DNA of 64,000 nucleotides from Adineta vaga (taxonomy: Eukaryota > Animalia > Rotifera), in the NCBI GenBank assembly GCA_021613535.1, contig CP075493.1, positions 10,664,001 through 10,728,000 of the forward strand. The letters are read 5' to 3'. Shown one piece after another: positions 14,437 to 26,697 of the stretch. The position numbers and the translations under genes are program-made. The stretch's first letter is position 1; the number at the start of each line of letters is the position of its first letter. The notes under the pieces are model-generated. The model saw nothing but the letters and a program-made list of their open reading frames with translations, searched no databases and had not been told where the DNA came from.

Positions 14437-16071
14437 TCCTTTTCTTATTCATCGAATAGACACTGGTCAGTTGGTCGTCTGTCGTCCATCCATATATATA
14501 TATATGTTCGATTTGAATATTATTTGCTGATTAGTTCAACGTGCCTCACTTATATCCGCTAGATATCGCTCTATGCACACAATGTTCATGCAAAGAAAAT
14601 GAAATCTTAATTCATATAATGATTTTATTTTTCAAACAAAAAAAGTTTTAATTTATGTCAAATGCTTAAAATTAATCGAACTCGTACTACAGTGATCAAA
14701 ATATCTGGATTTTTCTTGACTGAATACGATTTCAAAATAAAATAATTGATCTTAATAGACATTAAAGACGGAGATGCCATATTTTTGAAAGCTTTTGATC
14801 TAATTAGATGTATATGAATTCGAACAGTACGTAAAAAATCAAAATCATCTGCATCGGATCACATTATTTTGGACTATGTTATGAAGAACCTCTTCTTTTC
14901 CTCAATTAGATAAGCAACTCATTTTCAATAGCTGAGATGATTATTATTATATAACTGAAGGTACATGTGAATCTTTTTCTTTATTTGTCATCGATCAATA
15001 TGATTAAAATGATATTATGCATTCAGAGATATTTCAAAGAAAAGATCTATTTCAATGATGTTTATGTATCCGTAACAGTAGTAGCGTTTATCATTTTAAG
15101 AGACACTACAGCTAGCACTACTAGGTCTACTATTTCTACGTATAGCATTTGAATGATTGTTAGATCTATGAGCACCACTGTTGTTGTATCTATGTCTATG
15201 TGTGTTTGTTTGGTCGATAGATGTTGGTATAAAACTAATTAAACAATGAAGAGTATAGAATTACAAAGAGCTCATCACGTTTCTTGTTATTTATTACTCA
15301 ATTCATTAGAGCATATTATTCGATCGTATATCTATGCATGAATAAAAATATTACATTTTGGATATTTTTCTTTTTCCTTACTACCTAATGCACTCAAACA
15401 AACGAGAATCTACGAATTAGTAATGATGTGTGAATCATGATGTCAACCTTTTTTTTCCAACATTTACTGTTTAGTTTAAGGATGATTAAACAAACGATAA
15501 AGAAAGGAAGTAGGAAGAAATAGCAACATGACACTTAGCAATTGATATTTACATAAATTAATTTGAACAATAATTAATGCGGAATATTCTTAGTCAAATT
15601 TATCGATCAGTTCCATATGTATATAAAACTTGAAATTTCTTCTTCTTCTTCTTTGCTACCTGACGACAGCCAAATCATATTAGTTTATTGCAACAGATTT
15701 TTCTGACACATTTTTGTAACGACTACATAGCATTTCGATTTTGCAAGACTTCGTAAATTACATAAAATATCAAGATAAAAGAATGTGAAGATCATATAAT
15801 CAAACATATTGTGTCATTTGATTTTAAAAAAGGAAGCATTCTATATTTAAGAAAGGATCAAACATACCTATCTGGATGAGATTAGTTGGCTTTTAAGATC
15901 TATGTTATAATCTATAAAATGGAATATTTGAACAATTTCTTCTTGAAATATTGCTTGAATAGAGTTGCCGACATTAGTTTCCAATGATCATCCGCGTTAT
16001 ATAGTTTTTCTGTTTATTTTTTTCTCAAAATAGTAATATGAAAAGCATGTGTACATAAAATTTTCCGTTTT

Positions 16072-16512
16072 TTAATCACCACCTCCGCATCCACCACCAC
16101 CACAGCCACCGCCACCGCCACCACAACCTCCACCTCCACCACAACCTCCACCACCGCCACAACCTCCGCCACCACCACAACCTCCACCTCCGCCACAACC
16201 TCCACCTCCACCGGCGTTACCACCACCGCCACTATTACTCGGTGATACTACTCCACGCATATTATAGTTATTGCCTGGTGGTCGTATCACAGGTTGATTC
16301 CTATTGCGACCAAACATTGCAGCAAGAATACTACCAAAAAACCCGAGTTGTTGAGCTGGTGGTGATGATGAATAATACATAGGACGCTGCATTACCATTT
16401 GTCTATTCGATAATTGAGGTCTTGGATATCGACGAGCATTATATTGTCTTTGACGATAACGATACGAACCATTCGATGATTGATTGGGATATCGATGATA
16501 AGGACGAAACAT
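16072..16512 (-). CDS. Arg/Tyr-rich N-terminus plus (GGGGGC)n glycine/cysteine-rich protein, paralog 1
   Basis: Single-exon ORF from ATG (MFRPYHRY); conserved with the paralog at 18038-18610; putative TATA upstream. Confidence 0.75.
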   Translation of the reverse strand: MFRPYHRYPNQSSNGSYRYRQRQYNARRYPRPQLSNRQMVMQRPMYYSSSPPAQQLGFFGSILAAMFGRNRNQPVIRPPGNNYNMRGVVSPSNSGGGGNAGGGGGCGGGGGCGGGGGCGGGGGCGGGGGCGGGGGGCGGGGCGGGD

Positions 16513-18037
16513 TGTTAACAAAAAATGTTATAGTTGTATACCACGTGTCATACAACTGTACATATATTCATATATAAAATTTGTCTTTCGATCACTTCTC
16601 TTTTCACCTATATATCATAACCGTATCAGAAAGTCAGACTTACTTACGACATAATTAACATGTGCCCGATGTGTGTCGAGTTGTTTACGTTCGGTCTTTA
16701 TTTTTGACGTTGTTAAATGAGTATCATAAAATAGAAAAAAAGTAATGGAAAATATGTGATCATCGAACACAGAATCACATAGTATTCACACGAATATAGC
16801 CATCATACAACGATAACAAAAGATCTAAGTGGATTACTATAAATATATAGATTCTAGATTAATACTGATTATACGAGTGTTTTCAATTATCCAAAGTGAA
16901 TGAATACTTAGACTTTGTCACTTATAATCATTTCAACCGAAAGTAGTCGAAGACATGGTGAAGTAAAGTCTATTTTATGATTATGTATAGAAAATTTTAT
17001 CAAGTATATTTAAACAAGATTTTAATGATGATTAAAATAATCTGTTCTAATAAAATATCAGTGAAATCAGTACAAAACAATGTTGTGAAGAAATATATTG
17101 ATGACAATTGTTTATTCCTTGTTGGTCTATATTTTGATTCGAATGTTATTCACTAATTAGTTAGACATTCTCTGGAATTCTTCTTTGAATATAAATACAG
17201 TAATATGAAGACTGTATTCGTCATCAAAGTGAAAATTTTACTGAGGTTGTATATTTGGAATCAGGTAGACACTTTGGTTTTTTAAAAATAATATGATTGG
17301 ATAATCTTATATAACCGTATTCTTGCTATATTCTTACTAAGGTAGCTGTGACGAAGATTTAATTAGTACTTTTGTTCTTCATCGATCAGCAATATATCGT
17401 GTTTGATAATTCAGATGATCTCTTAATCATTCAGTTTCTTTCTCGCTTTCTCACTCTAACACGATTAAGAATAATCCATACAATATTTCATGCAGCAAAT
17501 ACAAGAAACAATTCGTACTAATAGATGTGCGATTATTTTTGATAAAGATAATATCTTCTTTTGTTATTTTCTTCAAAGGTACAGTATATATTCTATCTTT
17601 CTTTTCGCCAGATCAATGAAAAGACATCCCATATATTCATTTGTATTAATAGTTCATCGTACGAAGGATAAGACAAAAGTGACCAAAATGAGCCACGAGT
17701 TGACAATCTATTTTCGTAAGTATATTAGTCTCAATCTGTGTTCAATAAAATCTATATGAATTGTTCAACACAAATAGAGGGATAGTAAGACTTATTATCT
17801 ATTTATTACCATTAGTTACATAAATTCCGATCATCTGCAGGTTGTTACTATTATTTTTTCAATTTTAGATTTAAAAGAATGAAAAATCGATCAATGGATA
17901 CTGTGTTAGAAAATTTTTCAACACTGGTTGTGAATTGTCGTCATATGACTTTTCTGCTGTATTTAGTCGAAGCTAATAATTTACAAAGAGCCTAACTGAA
18001 TATGTTGAAAGTCTGTTTTATTGATGTTCTTAGTACT

Positions 18038-18610
18038 TTAGTCACCACCACCTCCACCGCCACAACCACCACCGCCGCCACCACCTCCACAACCACCACC
18101 ACCGCCGCTACCTCCACAACCACCACCGCCGCCGCTACCTCCACAACCACCACCACCGCCACTGCCGCTACCTCCACAACCACCACCGCCGCCGCTACCT
18201 CCACAACCACCACCGCCGCCGCTTGTTCCCCCTCCACCGCCGCCACCACTTGTTCCCCCTCCACCGCCACCACCACTTGTTCCACCTCCACCACCACCGC
18301 TTGTTATACCTCCACCACCACCACCGGATGATATGCCTCTACGGACATTACCACCAGCTAATGGTCGTACACCAGATCCACCTCTGTTCAGGCAGAAAAT
18401 TGTAGCAAGAAAAGCCAGAAAACTGTCAAAGAAACCAAGTTGTTGCACCGAACGAGATGGTGGCATTGAATAATACATAGGACGACGAATCAACATATTT
18501 CTATGCGACAATCGAGATCTGGGATATCGCATTGCATGATGTCGTCTTCGGTGAACACGATATAAGCCATTTGCTGATTGATTAGGATAACGTTGGTAAG
18601 AACGGAACAT
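18038..18610 (-). CDS. Arg-rich plus Gly/Cys/Ser-rich protein, paralog 2
   Basis: MFRSYQRYPNQSANG...RPMYYS..QQLGFF..(G5CGGS)n..GD; aligns with paralog 1 at protein level. Confidence 0.75.
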   Translation of the reverse strand: MFRSYQRYPNQSANGLYRVHRRRHHAMRYPRSRLSHRNMLIRRPMYYSMPPSRSVQQLGFFDSFLAFLATIFCLNRGGSGVRPLAGGNVRRGISSGGGGGGITSGGGGGGTSGGGGGGGTSGGGGGGGTSGGGGGCGGSGGGGGCGGSGSGGGGGCGGSGGGGGCGGSGGGGGCGGGGGGGGCGGGGGGD

Positions 18611-19275
18611 ATTCTAATAAGTATGTAGCACGTGTTATACAAATGTATATATGTATATATATATAAACGGTCACAGGTAAAATGTGTCCTTGGACTGCTT
18701 TTCTTTTTACCTTGATGATATATTAGAAAATTAAATGTGTATACGACGTAGTTCCCATGTGCTCGTCATACGTTAATTTGTTTTATTGATGATCGAAAAT
18801 ACGAGTCTTATTGAAGAAAGAATAAACTCATGCTTATACGAATATAAGTAAAAATAGCAAGAATTTCGATCGTAGAATATTTCATAGATACACGTATTGT
18901 AAATGATTTGTTAACTTTGATTGCGGGACTATTGTTTTGATTTTTATACGAAGTCAAAAGAAAATTTGACATATTTCTAAGCATTGCTTCACCTTTAGAA
19001 CTGTAAAAGGGAGTATTTCTATCGAGGTTTGCACAATTTATCCTTTCCTATATACTTCTTAGGTAAATCTTATCATTAAACAAATGACACATTCTATCTC
19101 TGACGTAGTTCGTGTCAAAATAAATATGAATGGTGTAATAACATCTTCCGTCGCTGACTTACTTTAATATATAAAGCAATTCACAGAAACAAAAGATAGA
19201 CTTTTCTTGAGCGATAAGTAAAACTAACAATTACTTAAATTGTATAGAACAAACAGTTTTAAATCTCATAAAGCC

Positions 19276-19987
19276 ATGTCGATGATCAATCTTTATTTTG
19301 TCACAATACCTGGCAAACGTATATTTATTACATTACCTGAAGATTTCGAGTTAACTGATATGCTTCATATGATTCGAAACAAAATGAATGATACTACTGT
19401 GGAAAATTGTATTTTCTTCTGTAAAGGTAGACGTCTTTCGATGGACGATCCGATGGTTTTTCAGAATCAAAAAAGGAAATTGATTAATAATGGTGATGTG
19501 ATTCTAGTAGGTAAAAAAATGTTGTACAATAACATAAATCAAACAACAATCAATTATAATAAGGTAACATACCTTCAAAGATATGGTTTTTTTTTATCAA
19601 CAAATAATTTGATTTTTTTTTATTTAGAAAGAATCTATGATGACAATATATTTCACCACAACGAATGGAAAACAAATCGCATCAGTGATACCGCAAAATT
19701 TTACGCGAACCGACTTTTTGAAAGCAATAGAAAATAGCTTTGGAAAATACTTTCAACAGAATTCACATTTCATTTGTATGGGTGAAGAATTAAACATTCA
19801 TGATCAAATTATATTTGAGCGACAAAAATCATTGATTCGAGATAGAAGTGTCATTTTACATACAGTTCAAAACACCAAAACGATTCAGCAAAACGAACAT
19901 AATCAATTACTTTTTATCGAAAGAAATATTTTTCAAAAATTCTATATTATATTAACGTTCTTGTTCTTCCTTATCTTTTATACTTAG
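19276..19987 (+). CDS. Tandem ubiquitin-like domain protein with C-terminal transmembrane tail (2 exons)
   Basis: Phase-0 intron 19564-19627. Two similar units (MINLYFVTIPGKRI...IFFCKGRRL..D and MTIYFTTTNGKQI...FICMGEEL..D) then FYIILTFLFFLIFYT-stop. Confidence 0.6.
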
Positions 19988-21054
19988 TATTATTTATATT
20001 TGGAATGTTTTTCCGATGATATTTTTCTTCGTTTGTAAACATATTATGTAGTTTTTTCTTGTGCATAGATTTACACTTTGAATAAATTAGATTATTTTAA
20101 TGCGACTTATTGTAAATTCAATTCATTAGTAATAACAATAGAGATAAAATAGTAAAATATAAGTTTTGTAGACGTCGACGTACACATCAAAGATTTGTCA
20201 TACGTTTACGTTCTTCCTTGCCAATGAAATATAAAACTGAACGAAACTTAGATATAACCATCTATAATATGCACATCTTTATCAAATCATCTTCTAAATA
20301 AACTGAGAGATATGGTTTATGAAAAAAAGACAGATCATTTTTCTTGAGAAACAGAATTTAATGCAATTTTTTATATTGTGTTTCATTTGAATTAATAACG
20401 AAGATAATCTATGAATTATTTAGTTATTGGTTTCATCTACCAATAGTTGATTTATGTGATGAATTATCACGAACAGAACCATGTCAAAATTTACTCGTAT
20501 TGGCTGTTAATAGAATATTATTAATACAATCATAGTAAACGAATGGACATATCTCGTATAGCAATATCTAACCAAAGAGTCTCAAAATAACAATAATTTA
20601 TTTTATTACCATATTGAAATTTGGTTATACAAGTCTTGTCTGTACATATTGCTTGATTAGATGCAGTAATTCATCCAATTGTTTCATTCTATCCAATAGG
20701 ATCATTCTTAACTACTAGAAAAACTTGTGTCATAGTAGAATCAAGAATAAATTTTAATGAAAGTGAATAAAATGCTATTTCCAAGCTACTATAAATAAAT
20801 GTTCTTATTGTTTTGATACAAGTTGTAACATAAAATCAGATGATAGATAGATCAGCTTTGAGAAAATGAATTCTAACAAAAATATGGAACATTTATTGAC
20901 GAAGACTTTTTACGATAATCAGATATGGCAATGAAAATAATCAAAGAATTGATGTTCTCTAGTTATTAGCCTGTATATTTATGAATACTTTATTTAATAA
21001 ATAATGTCTAACGAAAAAAGATTTAAAAAGGTTCTTTTTGATTTCTCAATAAAT

Positions 21055-22694
21055 TCATCGATGTTGATGAAGAGTATTGATCAAACGTTTCTTACGTCCA
21101 ATACTTTGATCAGCTAGAATATATGGTCCTGCACGAACATTGTTCGTATCTTTTATATTCGCTACTAAATCACTCAGATCATATGTTGGTATATTGATTT
21201 TGTTCTTTGAGAATATGTTGCTAAAAAATGATTTCACTTTGTTGTAAGCAGATTTGACACTGTTCTTTATATCTGTAATGAAACTATTACTTTTCTTCAA
21301 ACTTGCTTTAAGATACGGTGAAAAGAATCGAAATCGTTGTCCTTGAGCAACTGCATCGGATACTTGTTGTGCTATGGCTTCTGTTGGATGAACAATGAAG
21401 AGACGATCAAAATTATCATTTCCAATTTCTTGTCGAAGATCGTTTAGAAAACGTTCAGTTGCATTTATAGCAAACGAAACAGCTTGAAAACTAAACACAC
21501 GAAAGCAGAATGCCTACTATTATCTACAAAGAAAGACTTCGTCTTACTGAAGATTTGAATGTGGTGAAAAGATTAAACTATTCGAATCTTTATTGATTCC
21601 ACCAATTGCTGGTACATGTGAGGACTCATCCATAACAGAACCATGAGAACATTTGCCAATATTTGCTGGCTTACTAATGATTTCATTATTTTCAGTAGAT
21701 TGATTGAATAAATATCCACTTGTGAGTATTTGTTGAGTGTTGATAGTTGATAGAATGTTGTTTGAACAATCATAATAAACAAGTGGACATTTTCTTATGG
21801 TGATTTTTTGCCAAAGATTCTAGAAAACATAGTATTATTAGTGTATGAGAAAGACAGAATATGTATGTACTACTTACACAGTCTTGTGTTTTTTTCGTGC
21901 AACCAGTATCGGAACATGTGGCTTGATTAGGTGCAGCAACTTGTCCAATTGTTTCACTGTGTCCAATGAGAGTATTTATATCTATGTTACCCATTTCGAC
22001 CCAATTCGAATGTGAATAGAAATCTTGTAATGTGTGAAGTAATTTTCCTATCATTTGCCGTGCATCAGTTAAATCTTTCTTAGGATTGCGTGAATCTTCC
22101 ACAACTGAAAGTGATATAGAGACGAGAATAGTTTATTGGAAAAAGTATATTTAAGATTACTTTTTTTTCTGAGTTGCAAAATACGACGACTACCATTGCT
22201 GAAAGCTTCACTATCAAAATGTGCAGCAGATAATTTTCTTGTATCTGGATCGAAATCAACCAAAGCATTATGTGTCATTACCAAATCGAGAGTAAATTTC
22301 AATGGATATGAGTAGAGTTCTACTTGCGCATCATTATATTCTGGATGTGCTAGTTTGTAGAGTTCGTCAATAGTATATTCCTTATTAAAATAATCCTGTT
22401 CTTTCATACTACCACCGTTACGGTTATTAGAAACAATGCGTGTTTCATAGAAGAAACGAGCAAGACTACGAATGAATGCAAGTTCTGTAATGTCTGCATG
22501 TGTAATACCTGTATGAAAAGAAAAAAAGCGAGTATAGTTAGTAAAGAAAAGATGGTATATAATGAAAAAAACTGACTGTCACTAGTGAGACCACCATCCG
22601 CAAGCAATGGATGTGGAATGAATGCATTGGTATGGAATGTGCAAATGGTAAAATAAAATAAACAATATGTAGATAAATTCGACATTGTATGCAA
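21055..22694 (-). CDS. Secreted VWA7 N-terminal (HET-C-like) domain protein lacking the VWA domain
   Basis: Signal peptide then FIPHP; THADITE, AAHFDSEAF, GKLLHTLQDFYSHSNWVEMG, LTSGY...KCSHG, GGINKDS...SPHSNLH; 5 exons. Confidence 0.8.
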
Positions 22695-23340
22695 TTATTG
22701 ATTGATATTAACAACGACGACTGCAATATGTTTTATATGATAAACATCGATAACATGACTAATGAATCGTCAATAGTAATAATGATGTATTTTTTCATAA
22801 CTTACCTGTGTGGTCGAATAAATCGATCATAGTAGAGTGAAACATTGTAGACAACTAGAATTAGTAAGCATACCTTCAACACTGATTCTTTACTTTCTAA
22901 TTACGTAGGAGTGTTAGCATTTACCGCTTTCTCTTTACTTTCTTTTCATGAGTATCACATTTGATATTAGTCATATCTTCTTTATCGAATGAAATGTTTT
23001 CTCTTTGACTAAAACGGAACAAACTAGATGTATCGAGACTAAACCAATATAATTCGATATTTTATCTCTTCCTAAATACCTTACTCATTCGCATCAGACT
23101 GAAACTGATCACGAAAAATGCAGATGAATAATGTTTTCAATTTGACTGAATTATAGGACTATTGGCAGAAATTAATTATAATATAATAATACTAATTGAT
23201 TAATAAAATTCAGCAAAACAAAAATTATGCTTATATTCGTTAAGAAAAGACTTTTATTCTTTTTAGTTTACATAGTTAATCAGAATAATCCAGGAGATGA
23301 CTAGAAAATGAAAAAATCTGAAAAAAAATTGCGAATTGTT

Positions 23341-23726
23341 TCAAGTAGGCCATAACCATTGTTTAAATCTTTCAAATGGACCTGGAAGATATTTGAAGTA
23401 GGAAAAAAGTATACAAATAAATTATCAAACATACTTTTAGTATTGCTAGGCAAAACCAACATGTACATAATATCATCTGATGAATAAATTAATGGTGATA
23501 GTGTAGTAATTCCATTGTCTGTTCGAGTAAATGCTGTTGATTCATGGAATATATCCCAATCATAAGTTTGGTCATATTTAAGATCATGATAGATAAGACG
23601 TAATAGATCATATCGATCAATGGGTAATTCATATTCAATTTCTTGAATCGATCCATCGATTAGTTCAAGTTTTAAGAAACGTCTATTGGATTGAAACGAT
23701 GAATAACTATGATCCGCCATTGACAT
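23341..23726 (-). CDS. Small hypothetical protein (probably 2 exons), divergent from the LEA gene
   Basis: 141-aa ORF; a probable ~53-nt intron (gtatgt...ttccag) gives the C-terminus TKSPFERFKQWLWPT-stop at 23341. No recognised family. Confidence 0.5.
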
Positions 23727-24261
23727 TATACTCTCATGGCAGAATTAATTCTATGAGAATAGTATATTGTCACCTCCTCACTTCGCTTCACATTTCTTAT
23801 TCTTATGATTTAATCTCTTGGCAACCAGCTTTATTTTCTATCCAATCCAATATAATTGATTTATTCTTTGATTATGATATTTTTTCTTATCATTTATAAC
23901 ACAAGAATACATCAATAGAAGTTTCGATTATCATAATAATTGAAATTACAACATATAATAATTTTTCGGTAGTTAGCGCCCTCTATACAGGATTATACCT
24001 AATGGGTAAAAAACAGTTTCTTCTTCATCGATCGGTCGACTACTGTGAGAGACAAACAGCAACTTGCAACTATATCTGATTGATACTGCATCACACCACA
24101 TCACGTTGTCAGACAGCTTGTAACATGTGACTCCCAAAGAGGATTCTCTTTTCTGTTTTTATTTGCATACATTTTACTTTTTTACTAGGATACATTACGA
24201 CTAGATAACTACGTTTTTAGATTTACTTACTATACGATTTTTATATTGTGATTTCGCGAAA

Positions 24262-25840
24262 ATGAACAAATTTCTAACGATTCTTTGTCTCACTCTTTTC
24301 ATTTCGGCTTCATTAGCAAAGCAAAAATCAGCTACAGAACAAGCAGCTGATACTGCTGCCGAATTGAAAGATAAAGTTGTCGAAACTGTATGTAATATTT
24401 TATTTATATTCAATTGTATAGTTCATTTCTGATCTAGGTTAAAGATGCATATGATGCAGCTGCACCAAAAGTTGTTGAAGGTGCCGAATATGTCAAAGAT
24501 AAAACTGTCGATGGTGCTGCATTTGTTAAACAAAAAGTTGGTGAAGCATACGAAAATATTGCTCCTAAAGTCGTTGAAGGTGCAGAATTCGTCAAAGACA
24601 AAGCTAATGAAGCCTATGAAAATCTTGGACCAAAGGTTGTTGAAGGTGCAGAATTTGTCAAAGACAAAGCTGTCGATAGCGCTAATTTTGTAAAGGACAA
24701 AGCTAATGAAGCTTATGAAAATCTTGCACCAAAAGTTGCCGAAGGTGCTGCTTTTATCAAGGAAAGAGCCGGCGAAGCTTATGACAATCTTGCACCAAAA
24801 GTAGCAGAAGGTGCCGAATATGTCAAAGATAAAGCTGCTGAAGCATACGACGCAATTAAACCAACAGTCGATGAAGCTTACAAAACTGGAGGTAAAAAGT
24901 ATAAGTTCATAGTTCTTTTTTATTTAATTTCATTCTTTTATTTTAGGCAAACTTGCTGGTGAATATGCTGAAGCTGGTAAAAGAAAGATTTTGTTGGTCA
25001 CACTTTTGATTGATACATGTCGATTGTTTTAGCTAAAGAAAAATTAGCAAAAGTTGCTGAAGATGTCAAAGCTTCAGGTAAAGAGAATAAACGATTAACA
25101 TATTCTTTTTTCTTATAAATAAAATAAAAATTGTCGTATTTTTTTAGCTCAACATTTTGCTGAAGATACAGTTAAAGCTGCTGAACAATACGCCAAAGAT
25201 GGTGTCAAACAAGGTGAAAAACTACGTGATGACGCTATTGAACTTGGCAAAGATAAAGGTTAAATTGATAATAAATCAGCAAAAGGAACTATTTTTACTT
25301 TTTGTTTTTAGCTAATGAAGCACTTAAAGCTGCGCAAAAAGCTAGTCAGTCGATTTGATTATTTGTTTCTTTTTGATAGTCGAAATCTCATTTGAATTTT
25401 ATAGGTGCTGATGCTTATGAAGCTTCACTTGAAACAGCTGCTGGTTTACCAAAGAAAGGTCGAAAATTAGGTACATTCTATTTCTTTTTTTGGATAATTA
25501 TTTTCTAATATTTTCGATTTTTATTAGCTGAACAAACTGTTGAATTAAGTCGAGATAAAGGTATGAATTTCTCTTTTATTGTCTCTTCATTTTTTACTAT
25601 ATTCATGTGAATTATTTCAGCTAATGAAGCTTTAAAAGCTGGTCGTCATGCTGGTAAATAATCTTTAATAGATGTTAATTCAAAATCAATATTTTTCATT
25701 ATTTAGGCTCAGATGCATTAGAAGCAGCTCAAAATTATGTTAAAGAATCAAAAAAACAAGCAGCTAAAAAAGCAAAAGAAACTGCTGAAGAAGCAAGTGA
25801 AACAGCACAAAAGAAGAAACGTCAAGCCACCGAATTATAA
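24262..25840 (+). CDS. lea-1: Group 3 LEA (late embryogenesis abundant) protein with signal peptide and ATEL ER-retention-like C-terminus
   Basis: MNKFLTILCLTLFISASLAKQK; repeats EAYENLAPKVAEGAEFVKDKA; 10 exons; ends KKKRQATEL-stop, as in Adineta LEA1 proteins. Confidence 0.93.
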
Positions 25841-26697
25841 ATTTTAAAAAAAGACCTTCTTTTCTCTTCTCTCAATTCCTCGAACGTATTATTTAGTTAG
25901 TTATGTGTCTTATCTATTCATTTACATTGATACATTCTTTTGTCTTCAACATATCTTATTCCTCTTAATCAAGCAACATATCTGTGTTTAATGTGTGTCT
26001 GGTATTTTTTTTCTCGTCAGTTTACATTGAACAAAAACAAACTTTATACAATTTATATTCTATCTTTTTTTCCTTCACAAGCTTTTGTTGTTACATTTTT
26101 GTTCCATAAAATCAAACAGAAACAACTAAAAATCATCATTGTCGTTTCCAACGCATACTATTGAAATAACGACTGTATCTAATTCAATCATCATCATAAC
26201 AAGTTAAAAACAAGGAGAGATTGCATCCGAAACAAATAAACAAATAGTAAATAATACGATCTATTTTTTCATAATTGATATTATTTTTCTTAAGTTACAA
26301 AACAACGATAAAACAAATACTAGATTTATTGATCGAATAAGATTGTCATTGACATGTCAAAGTAAAATCAGTTACTAACATCAGATAATTTGGTAGCAGT
26401 GCGAATTGAATCATTTTCTCCTTCATATAATTTCACTTTATTTTTTGACGCATGATCATACGAGATTTATATTGATATACTTATCTTTTACTAAATAGAT
26501 TTGAATGATAATATTTGATTTAAAGATAAAATACTTTGATTGTGTTTCATATATCTCGAAATCTCTTTAACTATTTTATGATAAAGAAATCAATTGAGAA
26601 CTTATTCGAATATTAGTATGACATAAAACAAAATATCAGTCCATTTTCTTTTTACTTTATACTTTATTTGTCACAAATAACAGTTTGAAGAAACATT

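Noticed and set aside
17992-18405. Thr/Ala-rich, Val-rich and His-rich ORFs (also 16014-16232)
   Set aside because: Antisense or alternate-frame shadows of the Gly/Cys repeats; only the Gly frame has a conserved unique N-terminus.
20400-20760. Possible membrane-protein/GPCR-like remnant
   Set aside because: No sustained reading frame or diagnostic motif.
24440-24870. 33/66-bp periodic repeats resembling a CRISPR or satellite array
   Set aside because: They are coding LEA 11/22-mer repeats, with no unique spacers and no cas genes.
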